Assembly (NCBI GenBank): GCA_964252035.1
Contig: OZ176208.1
Strand: one strand, 5' to 3'
Origin: Podarcis erhardii
Taxonomy: Eukaryota
DNA length: 64,000 nt
This document shows positions 11,901 through 22,065 of this stretch, one piece after another. Positions within the stretch are counted from its first letter, which is position 1; each line of letters begins with the position of its first letter. The notes below the pieces were generated by a model. It saw only the letters and a list, made by a program, of their open reading frames with translations, searched no databases and was not told where the DNA came from. Made by a program: the position numbers and the translations under genes.

Positions 11901-13085
11901 CAGGGCGGGAAACCAGTCAGTGCCCAAGAGACTGGGGTGACTGCCCTTCGCAATCACCAGTTTGAGTACCGCCTGTTTGTCCCGGAACTGTACTCTCACG
12001 GCACACATTCCCATGACATGGATGCGGCCCGCTGAGTATGACTGCAAAGTTGCCAGGAAGGGCTCCAGAGGGGGCAACTTACCCCTGGGGAAGAATGTCC
12101 TCGCGGTCTGGTCCGACACGATAGTGAATCCAGATCCGGAGTCCACCTCCATGTCGCACAGCTGACCCTCAATCTTCACCTTGACGTGTGCCTTGCCTTG
12201 CGCTGGAAACTGCACGGCCCTCCCGTTGATCTCCGTTACGTAGTTGCAGTCCTTTAGAACATGGTTTGCTGTGGGCGATCTGCGATGCTCCAGTCTAGGT
12301 GCTCCTGTCGCTCCCAACGCCGCCGATCTACAGACCCTGGCGATGTGACCTGTCTTTCCGCACGTCCGGCACATAGCATCCCGGAAACGACAACTCTTCC
12401 GCTCATGGTTTCCGCCACAACCAGGGCACCTGCCTCGGTGATCTTTGTGCACTGTGCAGGCCTGATGCACTGACTCGACCCCACGAACTGGGCTCTGGCT
12501 CGGAGTAGCCTCTAGCTCGTCCATGGCATGCACAACTTCTATCTGTGGCTTAGGGGCCCTGCGACTGGCATCAAGCTCCTCTCTTTCATAATTCTCCGTG
12601 GCGGTGGCCTCCTTCAAGGCTGAAACAAGGGTAACCTCTTCTTTAGCCACGATGCGTCTTCTGGCTTTCTTGCTGCTCAGACCACCGACAAACCGATCCA
12701 GGAGAGTCTCTTCCAGATCTTGGAAGTCGCAGTGCTGAGCGAGCTTCCGCAGTTCAGCTAGAAATGCAGATACAGACTCCCCAGCACGCTGCTGCCTCTT
12801 ATGAAACTCCATCCGCCGGGCCATCTTGGTCTCAGTAGGCGCTAAATGGCTTGTTAGGCAGGCAAGAATATCTTTGAGAGATGTCTCACTTAGCTTCGCT
12901 GGGGCAAGCAATGCCTTGGCCAGCTTGAAGGTCTCAGGCCCACAGTAGCTCAGGAATGTGGCCCTTCTTTTGCTGGCATCGGTGATCCCTTGAGCCACTG
13001 CGAAGAACTCGAAGCGTTCGACGTAGTCTTCCCACGTGTGGGGCTCTGATGGCTGGAAGGGCTCCAATACCCTTGGACTCTCCAT
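8934..13085 (-). CDS. Gag-Pol polyprotein, 1383 aa
   Basis: Gag zinc knuckles CPGCGGNHERKSC and CRTCGKTGHIARVC; protease VDSGSGFT; RT LDLAQAYQQ and PFFDDVLI; RNase H LACDASQYGLG and TDHKPL; integrase HMGH..CKAC, LHLDFAG, SDNG, NGQAER; GPY/F-like C-terminal segment. No stops or frameshifts. Confidence 0.97.
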   Translation of the reverse strand: MESPRVLEPFQPSEPHTWEDYVERFEFFAVAQGITDASKRRATFLSYCGPETFKLAKALLAPAKLSETSLKDILACLTSHLAPTETKMARRMEFHKRQQRAGESVSAFLAELRKLAQHCDFQDLEETLLDRFVGGLSSKKARRRIVAKEEVTLVSALKEATATENYEREELDASRRAPKPQIEVVHAMDELEATPSQSPVRGVESVHQACTVHKDHRGRCPGCGGNHERKSCRFRDAMCRTCGKTGHIARVCRSAALGATGAPRLEHRRSPTANHVLKDCNYVTEINGRAVQFPAQGKAHVKVKIEGQLCDMEVDSGSGFTIVSDQTARTFFPRGKLPPLEPFLATLQSYSAGRIHVMGMCAVRVQFRDKQAVLKLVIAKGSHPSLLGTDWFPALGLSISGLNSIQTCPEMSEALYKEFAGLFNGKLGCYKGPPVDFELDPGVAPIRLKPRRVPFALQPKIEAELDKLVKQGVLSPVDSAKWETPIVTPLKANGEVRICADYKCTINKALRGNSYPIPVVSHLLAKLAGGKVFAKLDLAQAYQQLPVTPQSAEAQTIVTHKGAFRVNRLQFGVCVAPGIFQGLMERLLRGLPGVLPFFDDVLIAGKDPQELVARVRAVLLKFKEVGLQLKKEKCSFGVPTVEFLGFKIDASGIHPTDAKVKAIVEAPRPQNKTELQSFLGLINFYHSFLPQKASVAEPLHRLLQKKNVWRWGQEQQKAFDSLRGMLSSRSVLAHYDESKPLVLACDASQYGLGAVLSHREPDGSEKPISFYSRTLSPTERNYAQIDKEALAIVAGIKKFHDYVYGRHFSIETDHKPLLGLFNPNKQTPQILSPRMLRWSIFLNGFQYTLTHVPGKRLCHADALSRLPLPGGSNEDPAPAEYIMMLETLPGAPVMATDIAEKTRKYAVLSRVLTWVGRGWPGGPHEDKFRPYATRQHELSMHKGCLLWGDRVIIPAPLRNRVLETLHMGHPGMVRMKSLARCYVWWPGMDQNIEQWVRTCKACQEVRPEVARAPVHWWEQSRSPWSRLHLDFAGPFQGKVFLVIVDAYSKWLEVAMVPSMASAAVIKVLRQLFATHGLPETIVSDNGAAFVSQEFKAFLADNFIRGVTSAPFHPSSNGQAERMVRTAKESIARLMEGNWSARIARMLFLQHATPCTATGKSPAELLLGRRLVTVLDYVHPDKMPNRNSRANPQAETDTTRYFAPEDLVWVRNYSRGSRWVGGVVTRASGPVSYYVTLENGQVWKRHIDQLRRRALSREESDNSSLANDAELQDQSENGPEVQSPGASANEPGSASPQDDEVQVGDPEMSGTPSVPDETPIAAPLPQVTPNPEPATPVVRRSSRSCRTPQYLRDYVCCAHWGGGVLCIESKDFISVLLLSVFALG
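8999..9010 (-). other. Polypurine tract
   Basis: GGGGGGGAGGGG on the minus strand directly abutting the 3' LTR. Confidence 0.92.
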
Positions 13086-13191
13086 TGTCCTGTGGGCAGG
13101 GTCGTCTTCTCAGCTGGCCAGTGAGTCTTGTTCTTAGCTACAATCCGGACTCTGAGGCAGGGCTGCGTTTAACCGCTCCTCAGCATTCCGG

Positions 13192-13209
13192 ATCCCACCT
13201 TCGTCGCCA
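13192..13209 (-). other. Primer binding site, tRNA-Ser(GCU)-like
   Basis: Minus-strand TGGCGACGAAGGTGGGAT, 2 nt from the 5' LTR. Complementary to the 3' end (..ATCCCACCTTCGTCG-CCA) of vertebrate tRNA-Ser(GCU) as I recall it. Confidence 0.85.
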
Positions 13210-13390
13210 CTTGTTGTGACGTGGGGTTTGTGATTTCAGCTCTCTTGACATAATATGCTGGAGACAGTTCTCTAGTAACACTTCTTTATTTAAGCCAGTG
13301 TTTCCCAACCGGTGTTCCGCGGCACACTAGTGTGCCGCAAGACGTTGCCTGGTGTGCCGTGGGAGGGCACACTCATTGAAATTAGAATTA

Positions 13391-14335
13391 GACTTTTGCC
13401 CCCCGCCCGCCTTCAGAAGAGGTCCAGGACCTCTTTGCTCCCCCCTGCCTGCCTTCCCGGGAGAGCGGAGAAACGCAGCGTGTTTCTCCGCTGTCCCGGA
13501 CAGCTTTTGAAGGCAGGCAGAGGGGAGCAAAGACTTTCGCCCCCCGCCCGCCTTCAGAAGAGGTCCAGGGCCTCTTCTGAAGGCGGGCGGGGGGCAAAGG
13601 TCTTTGCTCCCCCGTGCCTGCCTTCCCGGGAGAGCGGAAAGTCTTTGCTCCCCCCCTTCAAAAGCCGTCCGGGACAGAGGAGAAACGTGCTGCGTTTCTA
13701 CGCTCTCCCGGGAAGGCAGGCAGGGGGAGCAAAGACTTTTGCCCCCCGCCAGCCTTCAGAAGAGGTCCTGGACCTCTTCTGAAGGCGGGCGGGGGGCGAA
13801 AGTCTTTGCTCCCCCCGCCTGCCTTCAAAAGCCGTCCAGGACAGCGGAGAAACACGCTGCTTTTCTCCGCTCTCCCGGGAAGGCAGGCAGGGGGGGAGCA
13901 AGGACTTTTGCCCCCCGCCCGCCTTCAGAAGAGGTCCTGGACCTCTTCTGAATGTGGGCGGGGGGCGAAAGTCTTTGCTCCCCTCTGCCTGCCTTCAAAA
14001 GCTGTCCGGGACAGCGGAGAAACACGCTGCGTTTCTCCGCTCTCCCGGGAAGGCAGGCAGGGGGGAGCAAAGACTTTCACCCCCCGCCAGCCTTCAGAAG
14101 AGGTCCTGGACCTCTTCTGAAGGCGGGCGGGGGAACAAAAGTCTTTGCTCTCCCCGCCTGCCTTCAAAAGCCGTCCAGGATAGCGGGAAGCGCTTCCCTG
14201 CTATCCCGGACTGCTTTTAAAATGCTGGCGGTGGGGAGCAAAGCCTTTCGGCCCCCTCCGGCCTTCCCGGACCTCTTCTGAAGGCCGGAGGGGGGGGAAG
14301 GCTTTGCTCCCCACCGCCAGCATTTAAAAGAGGTC
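13391..14335. repeat. GC-rich array of alternating palindromic modules (about 169-bp unit, about 5 copies)
   Basis: The 'gacttt' module starts at 13391, 13532, 13734, 13903 and 14072 (last two spacings 169 bp). Module A is a 71-nt near-perfect palindrome; module B is a nested stem-loop. Confidence 0.92.
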
Positions 14336-14339
14336 CCTG

Positions 14340-14478
14340 GAGATTTCCCTATAGGCTTTCTTCTTGCGAAGCAAGCCCATAGGGAAATTCATCTTGCGAA
14401 GTGCCTCAAAAAACGGAAAACCCTTTCGTCTTGCGGGTTTTCAGTCTTGCGAGGCATTCGTCTTGCGGGGCACCACTG
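14340..14478. mobile_element. One terminus of a Tc1/mariner (Tigger-like) MITE inside the hAT element
   Basis: Ends 'tcttgcggggcaccactg' followed by TA, with reiterated 'tcttgcg' subterminal motifs. Same CACTG|TA end type as the MITEs at 42893 and 55637. The partner TIR is absent. Confidence 0.75.
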
Positions 14479-14639
14479 TATATATAGTCAATATAGGCAC
14501 AGAGTTAATTTTTTAAACATTTTCTAATGGTGGTGTGCCTCAAGATTTTTTTCATGAAACAAGTGTGCCTTTGCCCAAAAAAGGTTGGGAAACACTGATT
14601 TAAGCAACAAGACTGAAACTTGAGGAGGGGAGAGCTACA

Positions 14640-14645
14640 TTTATA
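14640..14645 (-). promoter_or_regulatory. TATA box of the 5' LTR (putative)
   Basis: TATAAA on the minus strand, 40 nt upstream of AATAAA in the uninterrupted LTR. Confidence 0.6.
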
Positions 14646-17600
14646 GGGACAGGGAACTAGCTAGAAAGGATACATTTTGGAGGGAACAATATCAGGCAAT
14701 CACAGTCCTGCCTTTTGGAGGCAACCAATAAGACAAAGGATCCAAATACAGCAGCTTAAATGAACCAATAGTAGCTGTACCCTCTGGAACCAAAAGGCAG
14801 TTACTTTACCCTAATGCAAATACAGACAATAATAATACAGATATAAAATCCTTTGACTCAATACACAACACGGGCTACAGCCCTTCATGTGTCTAGATAT
14901 AAATGCCCCATTCAGGCATTCAAGGATACACATAGTGGGAGGAAAAGAGCCTGCCACTCTCTACTTTTGAGCATTCATTAAATATACAGTTTGAATGCTT
15001 TAAAAAAGGGTTCTTGTGTTTCCAAGATTCCACTACAGCAAGATACAAATGGCAATATGGAAATGAAGAGGCGGGGCCATGCAGTTGGCAATTAGTCATT
15101 GGCTTCTACTGAATTCTATAAGACAAGAGTTGAAATCTGCAACATGTTTGAGAAGAGGCACTTGGGTTATGTTCACCAGGCACCCCATGCCCGAATGTGC
15201 TTTTTTGTTTTACTTCCCCCCCATAAAAATGAATGGCTGAGACACTCACGTCTGAAAGATATGTCATGTGTTCTTAGGAATACAGGATTGTATCCTGTGT
15301 TAGGCATATTCAGAAGAAACCTATTGCATTCATTCATTCATTTGTTACATTCCATTCCAAAGTTGTTCAGAGCAGGAAACAACAAAGCAGCAAAACAGTG
15401 CAATTAAAAAATAAAATAATATTTAAAGCATTAAGAACTTCTACAAATATTTAAGTACAGTCACATATCCTCACCTCTAATAATTTCAAGGTTGACTGGA
15501 AGAGCATCTTTCAGACATCAAATGCCTGGATGAACAGGAATGTTTTAAATTCCTCCTGAGTGTTTTTAATGATGGAGGTGTAAATAATGTTAAGAATTAA
15601 TGGACATAACCAACTTAGGTCCATTAATCTCAGTGGATCTTCTATGGGTAGAATACAGTTAGATGCAATCAACTGTTGCAACGGAGCCAAATTATTTCAC
15701 AGAAATTATAATCAGATGCACAAGGCCTCCAGCTGTTCCTAATTTATGTAAGTGCGGGGAAGAGAGGAAATTTGACTGTTTAAGTTCCAGAAAAGATCAA
15801 GTCACAACATCCACTCTGATGCTCAGAAAAGAAACTGCTTAACTTCCCATCTTCTCACTAACCGAATTTGACAATTTTAAAACCATCTTGAATCTCAATC
15901 CTACTGACTGCCATAGATCACACTAATAAGATAGAACAGGATGGGGCATATGATGCCAGTGAGTTGATGAATGCTGCTTTGAAAGACTCATTAACGAATG
16001 GCAGCTTTTTGCCAAAATGTTGTTAATGTCCCCAGAAGTCTGAAGACGCTGAAGACAAAGGTGTGCTATTTTTTTGTGATGAAATGTCTGCTAAATTTTG
16101 TGACAGCGTTTGCTAAATCCCTATAATTAGCATGGGCCCCTGTTAAATGTCATGGGGTATTTGATGAAACAGGGCATGAACTCTGTAGCAACACTCTGGG
16201 GATCTGTAATGCTATCCAGTGTGACGTTTGGAATTTAACTACTAGATAGGGTTTCCTTATCTAGGAAACACAGGGGAGAAAGGCATTTGTCCAGTCTAAT
16301 GACCCCTGTTAACAGATTTATGCCCCTCCCTCAATACCGACTCTGTCCCCTCTGCCTCACACCAAACAAATGCGTTATCGAGATAATCAAACAACATTCC
16401 AAAAACCAGAAACAAAAATGAAGAAAATAACCCAGTTTGGTTATATCTTATTGCAGGTTTGGTTATTAATATATATGGAAAGAAAATAGAAATCTTATAG
16501 TTACACCCCCCCATATGCATAGGATACAGTTTGGTATATTGCATATATCCATGCACACACACACCTATCTGTATGTATACTGCTGTTGTGTTGCCATGTA
16601 GTGCATTGCTGTTCCCGGGCCATAGATCAGATTCAGAGCACATGATTTGCATGCAAAGGGCTGCATGTTCAATCCCTGCCATCTCCCATTAAAATGGTCT
16701 TGGGTAGGTGATGTGGGAAAGACCAGGTTCTGTCTTGTGGAGCCTCCATCAGTGGGCTGCATATGTTTCTATACATATAGGGAATTACGAGGGCTTCCAG
16801 TGAGACTGTGGATTTATACACACGGGCTCCTGAGGTACAGGGGAACAGGCCCAGTGTCACCATGCTGCCCTCAGAGGGGTCCCAAGCACCATGGTGTCTT
16901 TTTCTTCATTTTCAAAAAATGTGGGATGCGCAGTCTTCAGAGGACTGCTGGGCCAGACAGCTGGAGACACTACCATATTAATTTCACCCATAATGTCCCT
17001 GGGTCCCACCTGCAATGTAGCAGCACTTTGCAATGCTATGCTAGCACAGGGCCCAGAGATATAATGGGGAAATTATTGTGCTGGCAGCTCCAGTCTCTTG
17101 GCCTGGCAGCACAAGGCATTGGATGGCCCCGAGAGAAGAACCAGTCCTTTCAGCTCCGCCACTTGTCCCCACTGCCATGACCCACTGCTACTTTCCCCTG
17201 TCACCTAGTAAGCTTGTAAGCTAGTAAGCCAACTGGAGGGAGGGCTGTGGCCTCCAGGGTTGTGTCTGTGGGTGCCACTGGCCCCCTAAAACAAGGCTTT
17301 GGCCCTGTAGAGTGAGGTATGAACAAGGCTTTGCACTAAACTAATACTAAATAATCTCTCTTGGTCACTCTCTTTGCAGGCAGTAAAGGTACTTGTGCTT
17401 TCCCAGTGTTTAGTTTACCTGGAATGAAGGACAGTGGAGACTCTGGTCTCTGTAAGTTATTTACACATATATACAAACTGAGCATAGGATGGAGGAGCTC
17501 AGAGCATTAACATTCCAACATATATTGCCTCCTTATTAGGTTCCCGGGGAAATCCCCAAGCCATAGCTTTGGGTTCAGCCCAGAGCAAGACAACTCTCTA

Positions 17601-19480
17601 TGTCTCCAGCATCCAGCATCAGCCAAAACACATGCCTGAACAGCCACCTACCCCACCATCATATTGCTCTCCTGCCTAGGCTGACATAACATCCAGCCAG
17701 GTGAGGAGGGAAAAGACCCCACCCTCATTTGTCTCTATGGCAACAGAGCCCACTCTTTAAGATGCCGCTGATGGGTACATAGCTGAGTAGCTTAACAGAG
17801 GAACTGGTTTGGCAGGTTCAGCAGATTGTCTTTTCTAGATTCAAACCTCACAGATACAGGACCACAGGCCTGAAAGGGACTCACAGGGCTACATTCCCTT
17901 CTGAGCAAGCTTCCAGGGGCCACATTCCAGGGGTGGGGGGGACCATAGACAAAAATGGATAGACCAATGGATGTTACAGACTCTTAGCTTTGTACTGGAG
18001 GCTACATTTTAGCCATGCAAAAGTCAGAGGATTTACACACCCAAACAAAAACTTCTCCACCCTCCATCCAGGCAAGCAGTGGGCTCATTACTGTGCAAGG
18101 ACACATTCTAGCCAGGCAAAAGCACTCAAGGAAAGCATGGAGCAGGGCTGGAAAGAAGGGAGTATGGCCTGGAGAGAGTCCTGAGGACTGGATTAAGAGA
18201 GCTGGAGGGCTGGATTTGGTCCCCATGCTTGAGGTTCCCGACTCCTGATCCTCAAATGCTATATATTACACTGTCAAATTTTGTAGTGAACAGGACAGAG
18301 AGAGCTTTAAAACATAAATGATTATTTGTATTGTTTACAGTTGAAATAAGGCACAGATATGGCTTGGGACAAATCTACCTGTCCTAATTATGAACTGTAG
18401 CGCAGCAGGTAGAAAAATAAACAAACCGCTAACTTTCCAGGCTCTAATCCAGCAGATTCAACACATTGATGTCTATAGATATTTGGTTTTAGTGTTCCTA
18501 ACACTGAGTTGGACTGGCCTCCAGGCTGATAATTTACCAGGTGAGCATAATGGGCTCAGTCCACTGGAATCACCTTCTGCCCAAGCCCTGTTTAGAACAG
18601 GACCTGTACAGAAGTTCAGGCGGATTGTGCCATCTGTCAGTAGGAAGAGCTCACATAAAACTTAGGTAAGGAAAAAAGTTACCTATTTTACCAAGGACTT
18701 ATTCTGAGATTAAACGTAACCTCAAAACAAATAGGTTCTGTGAGTTTATGCTAACTAGTCTAATTAATCTTCATGTTTGATCTTTGGACTAATACGTTGA
18801 ACTAATTTGGGATTAAAAGATTACAAGTAACATTTTGAGTTGAAAGCTGTTACATGCCTCATGTCAACACTGCGGTGACAGAATTAACCCCGGAAGCCCT
18901 TTGGATTCCACACACTAGATGCTGCTGCTTGAGCAGAGTTAAGGCGACTTATTAGTGAAGGCATTATAAAGTGCTCATCCTGAAATGTTAGATGCTAAGA
19001 GCACAATGACAAAAGTCAGACACTTTGGGTTTTGCTTATTGTATCACCAGCATCATAATCCTCCTCCTGCATCATCCTGGGTTTCTTATCCACCCTTCAC
19101 CACAAGGCTACAACCATATAAAAATACAATAACAAAATTAGTTAAAACAGTCTGCAAACACCACTGTTGAGTTCCATTCGGAAAAGGTTTTTTAAAAATG
19201 CTTTCCAATTGTAATGTTTTTATTTGTTTATAAATTTGTATATTCTATTGTTGTAACCCACCCTGGTACCTCAGAGTGAATGGCAGGTTAAAAAAAATCT
19301 TATAAATAATAAACAAATAAATAGCCATTCCTATTCTCAGGAACCCTGATAATGCAGGATTCCTGATTACAGGGAGGTTTGTAAGCATGTACAAAGAAGT
19401 TCAAGTGCAAGAAGAGCTCTGCTGGATCAAGCTGGTGGCCCACCTAGTTCAGCATCCTTTTCTTCTAATGGCCAACCAGA

Positions 19481-19623
19481 TCACAGAATCACAGAGTTGG
19501 AAGGGACCACAAGGATCATCTAGTCCAATCCCCTGCAATGCAGGAATCTTTTGGCCCAAACATGGGACTTTAACCCATGACCTTGCTATTAAGAGTCTCA
19601 TGCTCTACCAATTGAGTTTTCCC
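19481..19623 (-). mobile_element. SINE with tRNA-Lys-like head and CR1-like tail
   Basis: Minus strand reads 'actcaattggtagagcatgagactcttaatagcaaggtcatggg' (tRNA-Lys-like), then 'ttcctgcattgcagggg..ggactagatgatcct..cccttccaactct'. Confidence 0.7.
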
Positions 19624-21816
19624 AGATGCCCATGGGGATCCCACAAGCAGGACCTAAATGCAACAGCAGTCTTCCCACTTGTGATTCCCAGCAACTAGAG
19701 ACTGTTTGCTCTTGGAATCCCCTTTCAGACCATTCTTCTGAATACAGACAGGGATAGAGATAGAATTAGAGAACTGTAGAGTTGGAGGGGACTCCATGGA
19801 TCATCTTCTAGTCCAATCCCCCTAAATGGCAGGAGCAAGGCAAAGGTTCTGCCCCCAGGCTACCTCCCTACTTTGTGCCCTCACATGTTCTTTGAATGCC
19901 TGAGGAAATGTATCATAACATTTAAAAACAGTATGAAATTAATAAACAAGAACAGCAGATCAAAAAAGGACACATCCTATGGATGCTGGAAATCATCCAG
20001 TCTGAGGACACAAACATGCCTTCAGGTAACTGTGGAAGACCCACAAAGGTGAGACCTCAGTTAGGGGCTTCACAATCTGGACACTACAGAGAAGGCCCTT
20101 TCCCTCCATTCCACCAGCTGTTCTTCAAATGAGACTCACAAAAGGCTTCTCCTATTGACCTTAGTGAACAGGCAGGATCATACAGGAGCAAAATGCCCAG
20201 TGTAGGTAATACCATTATACAGTTTAGTTACTAGGTGGCCTTGGTCTCATTTGTACCTGGGCAGACTCAGAAGTTTCCCATTGCTGTTCTTATTTAAGAG
20301 ATACAATAAAGTTCTTGTCTAGCTTTGTGTCATCCTAGCCTCCCATGACAGCCCTTTAGGTACCCTGGTCTCAAGCTGTTTATGGCTTTGTTGCTGTACA
20401 ATAAATAAACTACTACTACTACTACTTGGGGTTTTCCCCCCAGAGCTACCAAAACATTTGGCATAAATCATGCATTAAGCATTTCCCCATAAACCAAATG
20501 GACAAATGGGTCTTGATGTTATGCACTTCTTTCCATTAAAGCTGCGAGTCCCCCTGATGATTTATTGCTTGGGTTACTTCTCTGAATTACTGCTTAACCT
20601 CCTTTATATTAAAAAGGGGGACAGGATATTGGAGTTTTCTTAAAGTTGGGAATTACTAATGGCCCAAATAAGATGATTCAGACATGTTTTATTATACTCT
20701 GTCATGAACCATGCATTTTTTGCACGGGAAACCAATGATTAGTCCAACCTGGGTCACATAACTTGGCCAAATCAAGGAAGGTTTTGAAAGCTAAATAACA
20801 GAATTAATAGTAATGCTTATTTTATTCTTCTGGATTCATGGAGTCTAGTCATTGTTTGGTGATTCTTGTAATTTCTTGAAAGAGAAGCAGGGAGAGTATA
20901 GGCTTCTATTTTGAAGAGCACACTTGAGTACTTTATGAGGTGATGATAGCAATTTAATACCAGATGCTCATTGCAACTAAAATTTAAGGAAACATACCTT
21001 GCCTCAGGGAAAGGAGAACAGTACTTGGATACAATATGTCAGTATCTTCAACTAAATCATTGCCATAAAATTACAATGTTTTCTGCTAATACCTAAAATA
21101 TTCTACTGCTTTAGCTGGAACATGTTCTTATTCTTTCCTGTTCCAAATGGAAACGCATTGTGTCATGCGCTTTGCATTCATAAATACTTAACATCTGCCA
21201 CCTAACTTCCTATATACATATTATTCAATGACTCCTTCTGAATCATTCATTAAGGTGGGTAGGGAAATCTTATCATTTTACCAATGAAAGTGAAACTCTT
21301 TGTAGTGCTGGTTATTCCCAATGTGGCTGAAGTTGCTAAACCAAATCTACTCAGCAACAAGGGGATGGGGTAACTGGTAGAGCAATCCAGTCTCCCCATC
21401 AGTCTGTGTGGAGTTTGGACTGAGTGGAGGTGGACCTTTGGTGGCCTGCTGGTGGGGGGCAACAGTGGTGGACGTTGGGGTCTCTCCAATTTCAGTGATG
21501 CTCTGTGTGATGCCAAAATTCAGGGCCCTCACCTCTCACCTTCCATTCTACCTCATAGTTGTGGCACCCCTGAGGCTCCATACCCAGTGTTACCAAACTG
21601 GTTGCATTCCCCTAAATCTGCCTCTGGGGCCAGCTCAAAAATGGAGAGTTCTGAGACTTGGGAAGAGGCAGCACTGAGGTGATGCCATGAGGCTTGATCT
21701 GTGCTAGTAAATAATAAATTATTATTTATTATTTATTTATTATTTAAATAAATTCTTAAGCTAGTGCTTAATAAATGTGCTAGTCTGGACTGGTGAAGGG
21801 ATCAGGCCCAATCTTG

Positions 21817-22065
21817 AAGAGAAGAAGAGTTTGGATTTGATATCCTGCGTTATCACTATCTGAAGGAGTCTCAAAGCAGCTAACGTTCTCCTTTCCCTTC
21901 CTCCCCCACAACAAACACTCTGTGAGGTGAGTGGGGCTGAGAGACTTCAAAGAAGTGTGACTAGCCCAAGGTCACCCAGCAGCTGCATGTGGAGGAGCCG
22001 AGACACAAACCCGGTTCACCAGATTACAAGTCTATTGCTCTTAACCACTACACCACACTGGCTCT
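21817..22065 (-). mobile_element. Squam3-like CORE-SINE, full length
   Basis: tRNA-like head 'ccagtgtggtgtagtggttaagagc', CORE 'gggtgaccttgggctagtcac', (ctt)n tail, 8-bp TSD CAATCTTG (21809-21816, 22066-22073). Confidence 0.88.

Larger units (their letters stand above)
13296..14597. mobile_element. Non-autonomous hAT (Charlie/Buster-type) composite element, 1302 bp
   Basis: Perfect 15-bp TIRs CAGTGTTTCCCAACC / GGTTGGGAAACACTG and perfect 8-bp TSD ATTTAAGC (13288-13295, 14598-14605) with central TA. Subterminal GTGTGCC motifs at both ends; no transposase ORF. Confidence 0.95.
8650..14870 (-). mobile_element. Full-length Ty3/gypsy LTR retrotransposon (Mag-like, single gag-pol ORF)
   Basis: Two 349-bp LTRs (TGTTGTG..CACAACA), 5-bp TSD CGGGC (8645-8649, 14871-14875), PBS, PPT, and domain order Gag-PR-RT-RH-IN. 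Confidence 0.98.
13212..14870 (-). repeat. 5' LTR interrupted by a hAT insertion (LTR parts 13212-13295 and 14606-14870)
   Basis: 84 + 265 = 349 bp, colinear with the 3' LTR once the insert and one TSD copy are removed. Confidence 0.97.

Noticed and set aside
9446-12484. Several 60-156 aa ORFs overlapping gag-pol on + or in other frames
   Set aside because: Shadow ORFs of a GC-rich coding region; no motifs and no sign of an env-like or accessory gene.
13312-14281. Many overlapping repetitive ORFs (up to 168 aa)
   Set aside because: By-product of the stop-poor GC-rich palindrome array; they appear on both strands and mostly start at non-ATG codons.
13391-14335. Regularly spaced palindromic repeats resembling a CRISPR array
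   Set aside because: The intervening sequences are themselves repeats rather than unique spacers; there are no cas genes and the context is vertebrate.
17380-17451. 72-nt symmetric candidate exon on + (ttgcag|..|gtaagt), open frame SKGTCAFPVFSLPGMKDSGDSGL
   Set aside because: Peptide not recognised and no partner exons; such matches are expected by chance in 64 kb. tBLASTn or RNA-seq would decide.
19550-19623. tRNA-Lys-like sequence (also tRNA-like heads at 22030-22065, 33445-33510, 56278-56330)
   Set aside because: Degenerate stems fused to SINE bodies; these are SINE heads, not tRNA genes.
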